Shown here: positions 38,701-51,467 of the stretch, piece after piece | How the letters are laid out: each line of letters begins with the position of its first letter | Position numbering within the stretch: position 1 is the first letter of the stretch | Origin: Octopus sinensis | Taxonomy: Eukaryota | Direction: 5' to 3' | Assembly (NCBI RefSeq): GCF_006345805.1 | Contig: NC_043026.1 | Span: 14,859,579 to 14,923,578, forward strand | Length of the DNA stretch: 64,000 nt | The notes under the pieces: model-generated | What the model saw: the letters and a program-made list of their open reading frames with translations, nothing else | Databases searched by the model: none | What the model was told of the DNA's origin: nothing | Translations under genes and position numbers: made by a program

Positions 38701-41700
38701 TGTAAGATATGGATCTTTTCGGTTTGAACGGCAGTTTTTAACATAATTTCTAGGTAACTAAACACTTTTAAACTTCGTATACCGGTAGAAAGTGTTTATA
38801 AAACATCTTTTTCTCTTGGCTTTATTGAGAAAATTCTATAGTTTGTAAGATATGGATCTTTTCGGTTTGAACGGCAGTTTTTAACATAATTTCTAGGTAA
38901 CTAAAAAATTTAAAACTTCGTATACTGGTAGAATGTGTTTATAAAACATCTTTTTGTCTTGGCTTTATGGAGAAAATTCTATAGTTTGTAAGATATGGAT
39001 CTTTTCGGTTTGAACGGCAGTTTTTAACATAATTTCTAGGTAACTAAAAAATTTAAAACTTCGTATACTGGTAGAATGTGTTTATAAAACATCTTTTTCT
39101 CTTGGCTTTATTGAGAAAATTCTATAGTTTCTAAGATATGGATCTTTTCGGTTTGAACGGCAGTTTTTAACATAATTTCTAGGTAACTAAAAAATTAAAA
39201 CTTCGTATACTGGTAGAATGTGTTTATAAAACATCTTTTCTCTTGGCTTTATGGAGAAAATTCTATAGTTTGTAAGATATGGATCTTTTCGGTTTGAACG
39301 GCAGTTTTTAACATAATTTCTAGGTAACTAAAAAATTAAAACTTCGTATACTGGTAGAATGTGTTTATAAAACATCTTTTTCTCTTGGCTTTATTGAGAA
39401 AATTCTATAGTTTGTAAGATATGGATCTTTTCGGTTTGAACGGCAGTTTTTAACATTTTCTAGGTAACTAAAAAATTTAAAACTTCGTATACTGGTAGAA
39501 TGTGTTTATAAAACATCTTTTTCTCTTGGCTTTATTGAGAAAATTCTATAGTTTGTAAGATATGGATCTTTTCGGTTTGAACGGCAGTTTTTAACATAAT
39601 TTCTAGGTAACTAAAAATTTAAAACTTCGTATACTGGTAGAATGTGTTTATAAAACATCTTTTTCTCTTGGCTTTATTGAGAAAATTCTATAGTTTGTAA
39701 TATGGATCTTTTCGGTTTGAACGGCAGTTTTTAACATAATTTCTAGGTAACTAAAAAATTTAAAACTTCGTATACTGGTAGAATGTGTTTATAAACATCT
39801 TTTTCTCTTGGCTTTATTGAGAAAATTCTATAGTTTCTAAGATATGGATCTTTTCGGTTTGAACGGCAGTTTTTAACATAATTTCTAGGTAACTAAAAAA
39901 TTTAAAACTTCGTATACTGGTAGAATGTGTTTATAAAACATCTTTTTCTCTTGGCTTTATTGAGAAAATTCTATAGTTTCTAAGATATGGATCTTTTCGG
40001 TTTGAACGGCAGTTTTTAACATAATTCTTTTCTAGGTAACTAAGATTTTAAACTTTGTATACTGGTAGAATGTGTTTATAAACATCTTTTTCTCTTGGCT
40101 TTATTGAGAAAATTCTATAGTTTGTAAGATATGGATCTTTTCGGTTTGAACGGCACTTTTTAACATAATTTCTAGGTAACTAAAAATGTTAAACTTCGTA
40201 TACTGGTAGAATGTGTTTATAAAACATCTTTTTCTCTTGGCTTTATTGAGAAAATTCTATAGTTTCTAAGATATGAATCTTTTCGGTTTGAACGGCAGTT
40301 TTTAACATAATTTCTAGGTAACTAAACACTTTTAGACTTCGTATACTGGTAGAATGTGTTACATAAAACATCTTTTTCTCTTGGCTTTATTGAGAAAATT
40401 CTATGGTTTGTAAGATATGGATCTTTTCGGTTTGAACGGCAGTTTTTAACATAATTTCTAGGTAACTAAACACTTTTAAACTTCGTATACTGGTAGAATG
40501 TGTTTATAAAACATCTTTTTCTCTTGGCTTTATTGAGAAAATTCTATGGTTTGTAAGATATGATCTTTTCGGTTTGAACGGCAGTTTTTACATAATTTCT
40601 AGGTAACTAAACAATTTTAAAACTTCGTATACTGGTAGAATGTGTTTATAAAACATCTTTTTCTCTTGGCTTTATTGAGAAATTCTATAGTTTCTAAGAT
40701 ATGGATCTTTTCGGTTTGAACGGCAGTTTTTAACATAATTTCTAGGTAACTAAAAGATTTTAAACTTCGTATACTGGTAGAATGTGTTTATAAAACATCT
40801 TTTTCTCTTGGCTTTATTGAGAAAATTCTATAGTTTCTAAGATATGGATCTTTTCGGTTTGAACGGCAGTTTTTAACATAATTTCTAGGTAACTAAACAA
40901 TTTAAACTTCGTATACTGGTAGAATGTGTTTATAAAACATCTTTTCTCTTGGCTTTATTGAGAAAATTCTATAGTTTGTAAGATATGGATCTTTTCGGTT
41001 TGAACGGCGGCAGTTTTAACATAATTTCTAGGTAACTAAACAATTTAAGCTTCGTATACTGGTAGAATGTGTTTATAAAACATCTTTTTCTCTTGGCTTT
41101 ATTGAGAAAATTCTATAGTTTCTAAGATATGGATCTTTTCGGTTTGAACGGCAGTTTTTAACATAATTCTAGGTAACTAAACAATTTTAAAACTTCGTAT
41201 ACTGGTAGAATGTGTTTATAAAACATCTTTTTCTCTTGGCTTTATTGAGAAAATTCTATAGTTTGTAAGATATGGATCTTTTCGGTTTGAACGGCAGTTT
41301 TAACACATAATTTCTAGGTAACTAAACACTTTTAAACTTCGTATACCGGTAGAAAGTGTTTATAAAACATCTTTTTCTCTGGCTTTATTGAGAAAATTCT
41401 ATAGTTTGTAAGATATGGATCTTTTCGGTTTGAACCGGCAGTTTTTAACATAATTTCTAGGTAACTAAACACTTTTAAACTTCGTATACCGGTAGAAAGT
41501 GTTTATAAAACATCTTTTTCTCTTGGCTTTATTGAGAAAATTCTATAGTTTGTAAGATATGGATCTTTTCGGTTTGAACGGCAGTTTTTAACATAATTTC
41601 TAGGTAACTACACTTTTTAAACTTCGTATACCGGTAGAAAGTGTTTATAAAACATCTTTTTCTCTTGGCTTTATGAGAAAATTCTATAGTTTAAGATATG

Positions 41701-44700
41701 GATCTTTTCGGTTTGAACGGCAGTTTTTAACATAATTTCTAGGTAACTAAACACTTTTAAACTTCGTATACTGGTAGAATGTGTTTATAAAACATCTTTT
41801 TTCTTGGCTTTATGGAGAAAATTCTATAGTTTGTAAGATATGGATCTTTTCGGTTTGAACGGCAGTTTTTAACATAATTTCTAGGTAACTAAAAAATTTA
41901 AACTTCGTATACTGGTAGAATGTGTTTATAAACATCTTTTTTCTTGGCTTTATGGAGAAAATTCTATAGTTTGTAAGATATGGATCTTTTCGGTTTGAAC
42001 GGCAGTTTTTAACATAATTTCTAGGTAACTAAAAAATTTAAACTTCGTATACTGGTAGAATGTGTTTATAAAACATCTTTTCTCTTGGCTTTATTGAGAA
42101 AATTCTATAGTTTGTAAGATATGGATCTTTTCGGTTTGAACGGCAGTTTTTAACATAATTTCTAGGTAACTAAAAAATTTAAAACTTCGTATACTGGTAG
42201 AATGTGTTTATAAAACATCTTTTTCTCTTGGCTTTATGGAGAAAATTCTATAGTTTGTAAGATATGGATCTTTTCGGTTTGAACGGCAGTTTTTAACATA
42301 ATTTCTAGGTAACTAAAAAATTTAAAACTTCGTATACTGGTAGAATGTGTTTATAAAACATCTTTTTCTCTTGGCTTTATTGAGAAAATTCTATAGTTTG
42401 TAAGATATGGATCTTTTCGGTTTGAACGGCAGTTTTTAACATAATTTCTAGGTAACTAAAAAATTTAAAACTTCGTATACTGGTAGAATGTGTTTATAAA
42501 CATCTTTTTCTCTTGGCTTTATTGAGAAATTCTATAGTTTGTAAGATATGGATCTTTTCGGTTTGAACGGCAGTTTTTACATAATTTCTAGGTAACTAAA
42601 AAATTTAAAACTTCGTATACTGGTAGAATGTGTTTATAAAACATCTTTTTCTCTTGGCTTTATTGAGAAAATTCTATAGTTTGTAAGATATGGATCTTTT
42701 CGGTTTGAACGGCAGTTTTTAACATAATTTCTAGGTAACTAAAAATTTAAAACTTCGTATACTGGTAGAATGTGTTTATAAAAACATCTTTTTCTCTTGG
42801 CTTTATTGAGAAAATTCTATAGTTTGTAAGATATGGATCTTTTCGGTTTGAACGGCAGTTTTTAACATAATTTCTAGGTAACTAAAAATTTAAAACTTCG
42901 TATACTGGTAGAATGTGTTTATAAAACATCTTTTTCTCTTGGCTTTATTGAGAAAATTCTATAGTTTGTAAGATATGGATCTTTTCGGTTTGAACGGCAG
43001 TTTTTAACATAATTTCTAGGTAACTAAAATTTAAAACTTCGTATACTGGTAGAATGTGTTTATAAAACATCTTTTTCTCTTGGCTTTATTGAGAAAATTC
43101 TATAGTTTCTAAGATATGGATCTTTTTCGGTTTGAACGGCAGTTTTAACATAATTTCTAGGTAACTAAAAAATTTAAAACTTCGTATACTGGTAGAATGT
43201 GTTTATAAAACATCTTTTTCTCTTGGCTTTATTGAGAAATTCTATAGTTTGTAAGATATGGATCTTTTCGGTTTGAACGGCAGTTTTTAACATAATTTCT
43301 AGGTAACTAAAAAATTTAAAACTTCGTATACTGGTAGAATGTGTTTATAAAACATCTTTTTCTCTTGGCTTTATTGAGAAAATTCTATAGTTTCTAAGAT
43401 ATGGATCTTTTCGGTTTGAACGGCAGTTTTTAACATAATTTCTAGGTAACTAAAAATTTAAAACTTCGTATACTGGTAGAATGTGTTTATAAAACATCTT
43501 TTTCTCTTGGCTTTATTGAGAAAATTCTATAGTTTCTAAGATATGGATCTTTTCGGTTTGAACGGCTTTTTTAACATAATTTCTAGGTAACTAAAAAATT
43601 TAAAACTTCGTATACTGGTAGAATGTGTTATAAAACATCTTTTTCTCTTGGCTTTATTGAGAAATTCTATAGTTTGTAAGATATGGATCTTTTCGGTTTG
43701 AACGGCAGTTTTAACATAATTTCTAGGTAACTAAAAATTTAAACTTCGTATACTGGTAGAATGTGTTTATAAAACATCTTTTTCTCTTGGCTTTATGAGA
43801 AAATTCTATAGTTTGTAAGATATGGATCTTTTCGGTTTGAACGGCAGTTTTTAACATAATTTCTAGGTAACTAAAAAATTTAAAACTTCGTATACTGGTA
43901 GAATGTGTTTATAAAACATTTTTTTCTCTTGGCTTTATTGAGAAAATTCTATAGTTTGTAAGATATGGATCTTTTCGGTTTGAACGGCAGTTTTTAACAT
44001 AATTCTAGGTAACTAAAAAATTTAAAACTTCGTATACTGGTAGAATGTGTTTATAAAACATCTTTTTCTCTTGGCTTTATTGAGAAAATTCTATAGTTTC
44101 TAAGATATGGATCTTTTCGGTTTGAACGGCAGTTTTTAACATAATTTCTAGGTAACTAAAAATTTAAAACTTCGTATACTGGTAGAATGTGTTTATAAAA
44201 CATCTTTTTCTCTTGGCTTTATTGAGAAAATTCTATAGTTTCTAAGATATGGATCTTTTCGGTTTGAACGGCAGTTTTTTAACATAATTTCTAGGTAACT
44301 AAAAAATTTAAAACTTCGTATACTGGTAGAATGTGTTTATAAAACATCTTTTTCTCTTGGCTTTATTGAGAAAATCTATAGTTTGTAAGATATGGATCTT
44401 TTCGGTTTGAACGGCAGTTTTTAACATAATTTCTAGGTAACTAAAAATTTAAAACTTCGTATACTGGTAGAATGTGTTTATAAAACATCTTTTTCTCTGG
44501 CTTTATGGAAAATTCTATAGTTTGTAAGATATGGATCTTTTCGGTTTGAACGGCAGTTTTTAACATAATTTCTAGTAACTAAAAATTTAAAACTTCGTAT
44601 ACTGGTAGAATGTGTTTATAAAACATCTTTTTCTCTTGGCTTTATTGAGAAAATTCTATAGTTTGTAAGATATGGATCTTTTCGGTTTGAACGGCAGTTT

Positions 44701-46237
44701 TTAACATAATTTCTAGGTAACTAAAAATTTAAACTTCGTATACTGGTAGAATGTGTTTATAAACATCTTTTTCTCTTGGCTTTATTGAGAAAATTCTATA
44801 GTTTGTAAGATATGGATCTTTTCGGTTTGAACGGCAGTTTTTAACATAATTTCTAGGTAACTAAAAAATTTAAACTTCGTATACTGGTAGAATGTGTTTA
44901 TAAAACATCTTTTTCTCTTGGCTTTATTGAGAAAATTCTATAGTTTCTAAGATATGGATCTTTTCGGTTTGAACGGCAGTTTTTAACATAATTTCTAGGT
45001 AACTAAAAAATTTAAAACTTCGTATACTGGTAGAATGTGTTTATAAAACATCTTTTTCTCTTGGCTTTATTGAGAAAATTCTATAGTTTGTAAGATATGG
45101 ATCTTTTCGGTTTGAACGGCAGTTTTTAACATAATTTCTAGGTAACTAAAAAATTTAAAACTTCGTATACTGGTAGAATGTGTTTATAAAACATCTTTTT
45201 CTCTTGGCTTTATTGAGAAAATTCTATAGTTTGTAAGATATGGATCTTTTTTTCGGTTTGAACGGCAGTTTTTAACATAATTTCTAGGTAACTAAAAAAT
45301 GTTAAACTTCGTATACTGGTAGAATGTGTTTATAAAACATCTTTTCTCTTGGCTTTATTGAGAAAATTCTATAGTTTCTAAGATATGGATCTTTTCGGTT
45401 TGAACGGCAGTTTTTAACATAATTTCTAGGTAACTAAAAATGTTAAACTTCGTATACTGGTAGAATGTGTTTATAAAACATCTTTTCTCTTGGCTTTATT
45501 GAGAAAATTCTATAGTTTCTAAGATATGGATCTTTTCGGTTTGAACGGCAGTTTTTAACATAATTTCTAGGTAACTAAACACTTTTAAACTTCGTATACT
45601 GGTAGAATGTGTTTTTAAAACATCTTTTTCTCTTGGCTTTATTGAGAAATTCTATAGTTTGTAAGATATGGATCTTTTCGGTTTGAACGGCAGTTTTTAA
45701 CATAATTTCTAGGTAACTAAAAAATTTAAAACTTCGTATACTGGTAGAATGTGTTTATAAAACATCTTTTTCTCTTGGCTTTATTGAGAAAATTCTATAG
45801 TTTCTAAGATATGGATCTTTCGGTTTGAACGGCAGTTTTTTAACATAATTTCTAGGTAACTAAAAATGTTAAACTTCGTATACTGGTAGAATGTGTTATA
45901 AAACATCTCTTTTTTCTCTGGCTTTATTGAGAAAATTCTATAGTTTCTAAGATATGGATCTTTTCGGTTTGAACGGCAGTTTTAACATAATTTCTAGGTA
46001 ACTAACACTTTTAAACTTCGTATACTGGTAGAATGTGTTTAAAAACATCTTTTTCTCTTGGCTTTATTGAGAAAATTCTATAGTTTGTAAGATATGGATC
46101 TTTTCTGTTTGAACGGCAGTTTTTAACATAATTTCTAGGTAAATAAAAAATGTTAAACTTCGTATACTGGTAGAATGTGTTTATAAAACATCTTTTTCTC
46201 TTGGCTTTATTGAGAAAATTCCATAGTTTGTAAGATA
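32732..46237. repeat. 143-bp satellite, ~94 copies
   Basis: ggatc unit starts at 32857, 33000, 33143 and onward. Each unit begins with the transposon's left TIR. Confidence 0.97.
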
Positions 46238-46488
46238 TTTGTTGGTTTTTTTCTTCTTCAATTTCTGCAATTTCAACCAATCAATGACATCCATTGAGGT
46301 AAACAACATTCTGTGCCGTATGAATATGTCCCTCGTTTTAGAAATAGATTGGGTTTATTTACATTTGTGAAGAAAAAAAGATACCCTTCCCCCCGAGATT
46401 GAAATGCAATAGATCGATACTAGGGACATAGGGTGACAATTTCATATGACACCGCTAGAAAAAACTGCCGTTGAAACCGAAAAGATCC
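32732..46488. mobile_element. Non-autonomous TIR DNA transposon expanded to 13.76 kb
   Basis: Left TIR consensus ggatcttttcggtttgaacggcagtttt; right end aaaactgccgttgaaaccgaaaagatcc. Flanks gtatcttt / gtatcttc form an ~8-bp TSD. Confidence 0.85.
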
Positions 46489-46603
46489 GTATCTTCTACT
46501 ATAGCCTCGGGCCGACCAAAGCCTTGTGAGTGGATTTGGTAGATGGAAACTGATAGAAGCATGTTGTGTGTGTGTGTGTGTGTGTGTGTGTATTATATAT
46601 ATG

Positions 46604-47146
46604 TGGAGGCGCAATGGCCCAGTGGTTAGGGCAGCGGAGGATTGCGGTTTCGATTCCCAGACCGGGCGTTGTGAGTGTTTATTGAGCGAAAACACCTAAA
46701 AGTTCCACGAGGCTCCGGCAGGGGATGGTGGTGATCCCTGCTGTACTCTTTCACCACAACTTTCTCTCACTCTTTCTTCCTGTTTCTGTTGTACCTGTAC
46801 TTCAAAGGGCCGGCCTTGTCACTCTCTGTGTCACGCTGAATATCCCCGAGAACTACGTTAAGGGTGCACGTGTCTGTGGAGGCTCCGGCAGGGGATGGTG
46901 GTGATCCCTGCTGTACTCTTCCACCACAACTTTCTCTCACTCTTTCTTCCTGTTTCTGTTGTACCTGTACTTCAAAGGGCCGGCCTTGTCACTCTCTGTG
47001 TCACGCTGAATATCCCCGAGAACTACGTTAAGGGTGCACGTGTCTGTGGAGTGCTCAGCCACTTACACGTTAATTTCACGAGCAGGCTGTTCCGTTGATT
47101 CGGATCAACCGGAACCCTCGTCGTCGTAACCGACGGAGTGCTTCCA
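46604..47146 (+). mobile_element. SINE family B with ~170-bp internal duplication, nested in SINE A
   Basis: ggctccggcaggggatggtgg at 46711 and 46881. Confidence 0.85.
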
Positions 47147-48174
47147 TTATATATATATATATTTATGTGTGTCTGTGTCTGTGTTTGTCCCCCATCCCCA
47201 TCGCTTGACAACTGATGTTGGTGTATTTACGTCCCCGTGACTTAGCAGTTCAGCAAAGGAGACTGACAGAATAAGTACCAGGTTTACAAAGAATAAGCCC
47301 TGGGGTCGATTTCCTTCAACTGAAAGGCAATGCTCCAGCATGGCCTCAGTCAAATGACTGACACAAGTGAAAGCCTTTGATTTGTTCGACTAAACAGCTT
47401 AAGGCTCTGCCCCAGCATGGCCACAGTCAAATGACAGAAACAAGGAGGAATGAAATGAACACCCCCTCCTCTTCCCCACCCTCAACCTCCTCCCCACCAT
47501 CCCCCTCCTTCACTTCCTCACCCGCCCTCCACCTCCTCCCCACACTCCACCATCTCCCCACCCTCCACCTTCTCCTCCACCCTCCACCCGACGAGGCATT
47601 CTTATAGACAGCAGGGTACTTGACCTTGATAAAAATATGCAGGAAGTTATGAGGTCAGTAATTGGTGGGAGAGGGGGGGGTTCCCCCCGCCCCCCCCGAG
47701 GTAAGGGTGGCATCGCCATGACAACCACCATACCAACAACATTTGTTGAGGTGACAAAATTTTTTGAAACTTTCCGTGGAGTCTCTGGATTTAGGTGGAT
47801 AAATATATCCGTAAGTAAATACGTTCTGAGTTCAAATTCCACTGAGGTCAACTTCACCTTTCATCCTTTCGAGATTGATAAATTAAGTACCAGTTGCATA
47901 CTGAGGTCGATCTAAGTGACTGGTCCCCTCCACAGAAATTCTGGGCCTTGTGCCTAGAGTAGAAAAGGATATATGTATAAGTAATGCATGTATTTATACA
48001 TTTGTGGGGATGTATACAGTTCTACTGTATGTGGAGTGAGTGTATATGTTTGTGTGGCTATATACTGTCAAACTGTAAGTAAAGTAGATGTATGGATAAT
48101 TGATTGTATATATTTCGTTTTTGTACGTGGTTTGCAATAAGGCACTAAAAGAGAATGACTTGTCCTAGATACAA

Positions 48175-48218
<44 letters not shown>

Positions 48219-48242
48219 AATATATATGTGTGTGTTTGTGTG

Positions 48243-48273
<31 letters not shown>

Positions 48274-48312
48274 GAGTGTATATCTGTTTGTGTGTGTGTA
48301 TATATATATATA

Positions 48313-48365
<53 letters not shown>

Positions 48366-48377
48366 TGTATATCTGTT

Positions 48378-48419
<42 letters not shown>

Positions 48420-48550
48420 ATATACAAAATATTATGTATATATATATATATATATATATACAAATATATATGTATATATATATATGAGTGTATATGTGTG
48501 TGTTTGTGTGTATATATATATATATATATACAAATATATATGTATGTATG

Positions 48551-48596
<46 letters not shown>

Positions 48597-49240
48597 TGTA
48601 TATCTGTTTGTGTGTGTGTATATATATATATAAACACACACACACATACAGGGTGCTGTAAATTTATTATCGTCTAAATTACACAAAAATGAAAATAACA
48701 CTGACATCTCATTTTAAGAGATACATTTGAGTGTGCGTGCGTGTGAGTGTGTGTGCGTGTGTGTGTGTGTGTGTGTGCGTGTGAGTGTGTGTGTGAGTGT
48801 ATGTGTGTGTATGTGAGTGTGTGTGTGTAAGTGTGTGTGTGTAAGTGTGTGTGTGAGTGAGTGTGTGACTGTGTATGTGTGTGAGTGTGTGAATGTGAGT
48901 GTGTGTGTGTGAGTGTGTGTGCGTGTGAATGTGTGTGTGTGTGTGAGTGTATGTGTGTGAGCGTGTGTGTGAGAGTGTGTATGAATGTGTGAGTGTATGT
49001 CTGTGTGTAAGTGTGTGTGTCTGAGTGTGTGTGTGACTGTGTGTATGTGTGTGAGTGTGTGTATGTGAGTGTGTGTGAGTGTGTGTGTGTAAGTGTGTGA
49101 GTGTGCGTGTGAGTGTGTGTGTGTGTGTGAGTGTGTGTGTGAGTGTGTGTGTGCGTGTGTGTGTGTGAGTGTGTGTGCGTGTGTGTGTGTGTGTGTGTGT
49201 GAGTGTGTGTGTATGTGAATGTGTGTGTGTGTGTGTGTGT
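48175..49240. repeat. Compound (TA)n and (TG)n microsatellite tracts
   Basis: Visible dinucleotide runs. Confidence 0.95.
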
Positions 49241-49325
49241 ATTTAAATATCTACAGATATTTAATTATAATCCTTTCTGATCTGTTTGCAAATTCAGCCG
49301 TGAAATCTGAAACCAGGATACAAGG

Positions 49326-49360
49326 ATGAACTCCACAAATTCATCTCAAACTCGAAAGCG
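49326..49360 (+). CDS. Uncharacterised coiled-coil protein, first coding exon (exon begins 49298)
   Basis: Acceptor attcag|; in-frame TGA upstream of the ATG; MNSTNSSQTRK-CG|gtaagt. Phase 2 matches the next exon. Confidence 0.65.
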
Positions 49361-50389
49361 GTAAGTCTTTTCCTCCTTAATTGTTTTAGGCTGCAACCGG
49401 GATGTGCTCGGTTCAATCCTGCCTTCTGGTACTCCAAGTAAATGCTGTCTAACATTGCTATGAACAAGGCTTTATAATATGGATTCAGGGGAAGGAAACT
49501 GGGTGGAAGCCTTTTCTGCGTACATACATACATACAACACATACACACACACACACACACATACACACACACACACATACATGCATGTGTGTATGATACA
49601 TGTATGTATATGCATGTGTGTTGTGGGGGGCACATGGCCTAGTGGTTAGAGCAGCGGACTCGCAGTCGAGGGATCACTGGTTCGAATCTCAGACCGGGCG
49701 ATGTGTGTAACACCTAAGCTCCACAGAGGCAATGACAAATGACCAAGACCATAGGCATTATGTCGTGTCTGGGAAGGAGACCCTTCAAGCCAAGTAAAAT
49801 CACACTTGTGGCAGAAAGTGGGGTCCCACAAATGGCACCCATCCCAGTGGCACATAAAAGCATAACACTCTTGCAGTGGTTGGCATTAGGAAGGGCATCA
49901 AGTTGAAGAAATCCATGCCAAATCAGACTGGTATCTGGTGCGGCCTTCCAGCCTTGCCAGCCCTGGTCTAACTGTCCAACCCATGCCAGCATGGACAATG
50001 GACGTTAAATGATTATGATGATGATGATGATGACATTGAAACCCTTCTGGTAATCAATGGAAGGGGTACTCACCAGAAAAGGGCCACTTGGAAGGCTGCC
50101 AAGATGACAAGAAGGGCAAAACACCTAAGTCCCACGCGGTTCCGGCAGAAAGTAATGGCGAAACTTCTGCTGACTCTTTTGCCACAACTTTCTCTCACTC
50201 TTTCCTCCTGCATCTTGCAGCTCACCTGTGACGGACTTGCGGCCCGTCCAGGTGGGGAACCTATACGCCAAGAAACTGGGAAACCGGCCCTTACGAGCCA
50301 GGCATTCCACTGAAATAATGAGGGAAATTTCCTATGATATGAAGGAACTGACCATGTACATAAATGATAACCTTCCCAAGTTTTCTGGG

Positions 50390-50700
50390 TGGAGGCACAT
50401 GGCCTAGTGGTTAGAGCAGCGGACTCACGGTCGAGGGATCACGGGTTTGAATCTCAGACCGGGCGATGTGTGTGTTTATGAGCGAAAACACCTAAGCTCC
50501 ACGCGGCTCCGGCAGAAGGTAATGGCGAAACTTCTGCTGACTCTTTTGCCACAACTTTCTCTCACTCTTTCCTCCTGCATCTTGCAGCTCACCTGTGACG
50601 GACTTGCGGCCCGTCCAGGTGGGGAACTTATACGCCAAGAAACCGGGAAACTGGCCCTTATGAGCCAGGCATGGCTCGAGAAGGAACAAACAACAAACAT
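50390..50700 (+). mobile_element. tRNA-derived SINE (family B-related)
   Basis: ggaggcacatggcctagtggttagagcagcggact...tttgaatctc head. A second, interrupted copy lies at 49627-50305. Confidence 0.75.
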
Positions 50701-51026
50701 TGCAGGAAAGGATTCAATTAGTTTCCTCAAAGACTGAGGTTTTAGGGACCACCCTCCATGGGCTGTTCTTAGAGTTTGGTGTGTAAATGTGCAGAGTCAG
50801 GAAATAAAGTCCTTTATTCAATTTACCTCAGGTCACTAGACTTAAATGTGGTCACCACCAGCAAGACCAAGGTCCTTGGAGTGCATGCACTCATGTCCAT
50901 TTTCAGTGACTCTGAGATACTCTCATCTTGTGGTTTGACAGGATTGGATAATGAGGGGTCAGTATTATTTCAGTAACCCTTGAATTTCAAGACATGGGCC
51001 ATCTTCTTGGATTGCCCATGTATCTC

Positions 51027-51430
51027 TCTCTTTTACTCTTTTACTATTTCAGTCATTTGACTGTTGCCATGCTGGAGCACCACCTTTAATCGAGCAAATC
51101 GACCCCGGGACTTATTCTTTGTAAGCCCAGTACTTATTCTATCGGTCTCTTTTTGCTGAACCGCTAAGTAACGGGGACATAAACACACCAGCATCGGTTG
51201 TCAAGCAATGCTAGGGGGACAAACACAGACACACAAACACACATGCTTATATATATATATACATATATACGACGGACTTCTTTCAGTTTCCGTCTACCAA
51301 ATCCACTCACAAGGCTTTGGTCGGCCCGAGGCTATAGTAGAAGACACTTGCCCAAGGTGCCACGCAGTGGGACTGAACCCGGAACCATGTGGTTGGTAAA
51401 CAAACTACTTACCACACAGCCACTCCTGCT
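51027..51430 (-). mobile_element. SINE family A, full length
   Basis: Reverse complement of the consensus. Confidence 0.85.
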
Positions 51431-51467
51431 CCTATGTATGTGTATGCATATATTTATGTATGCATGT

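Noticed and set aside
46011-46280. 89-aa minus-strand ORF at the satellite end
   Set aside because: Chance ORF through satellite units, with no transposase motifs.
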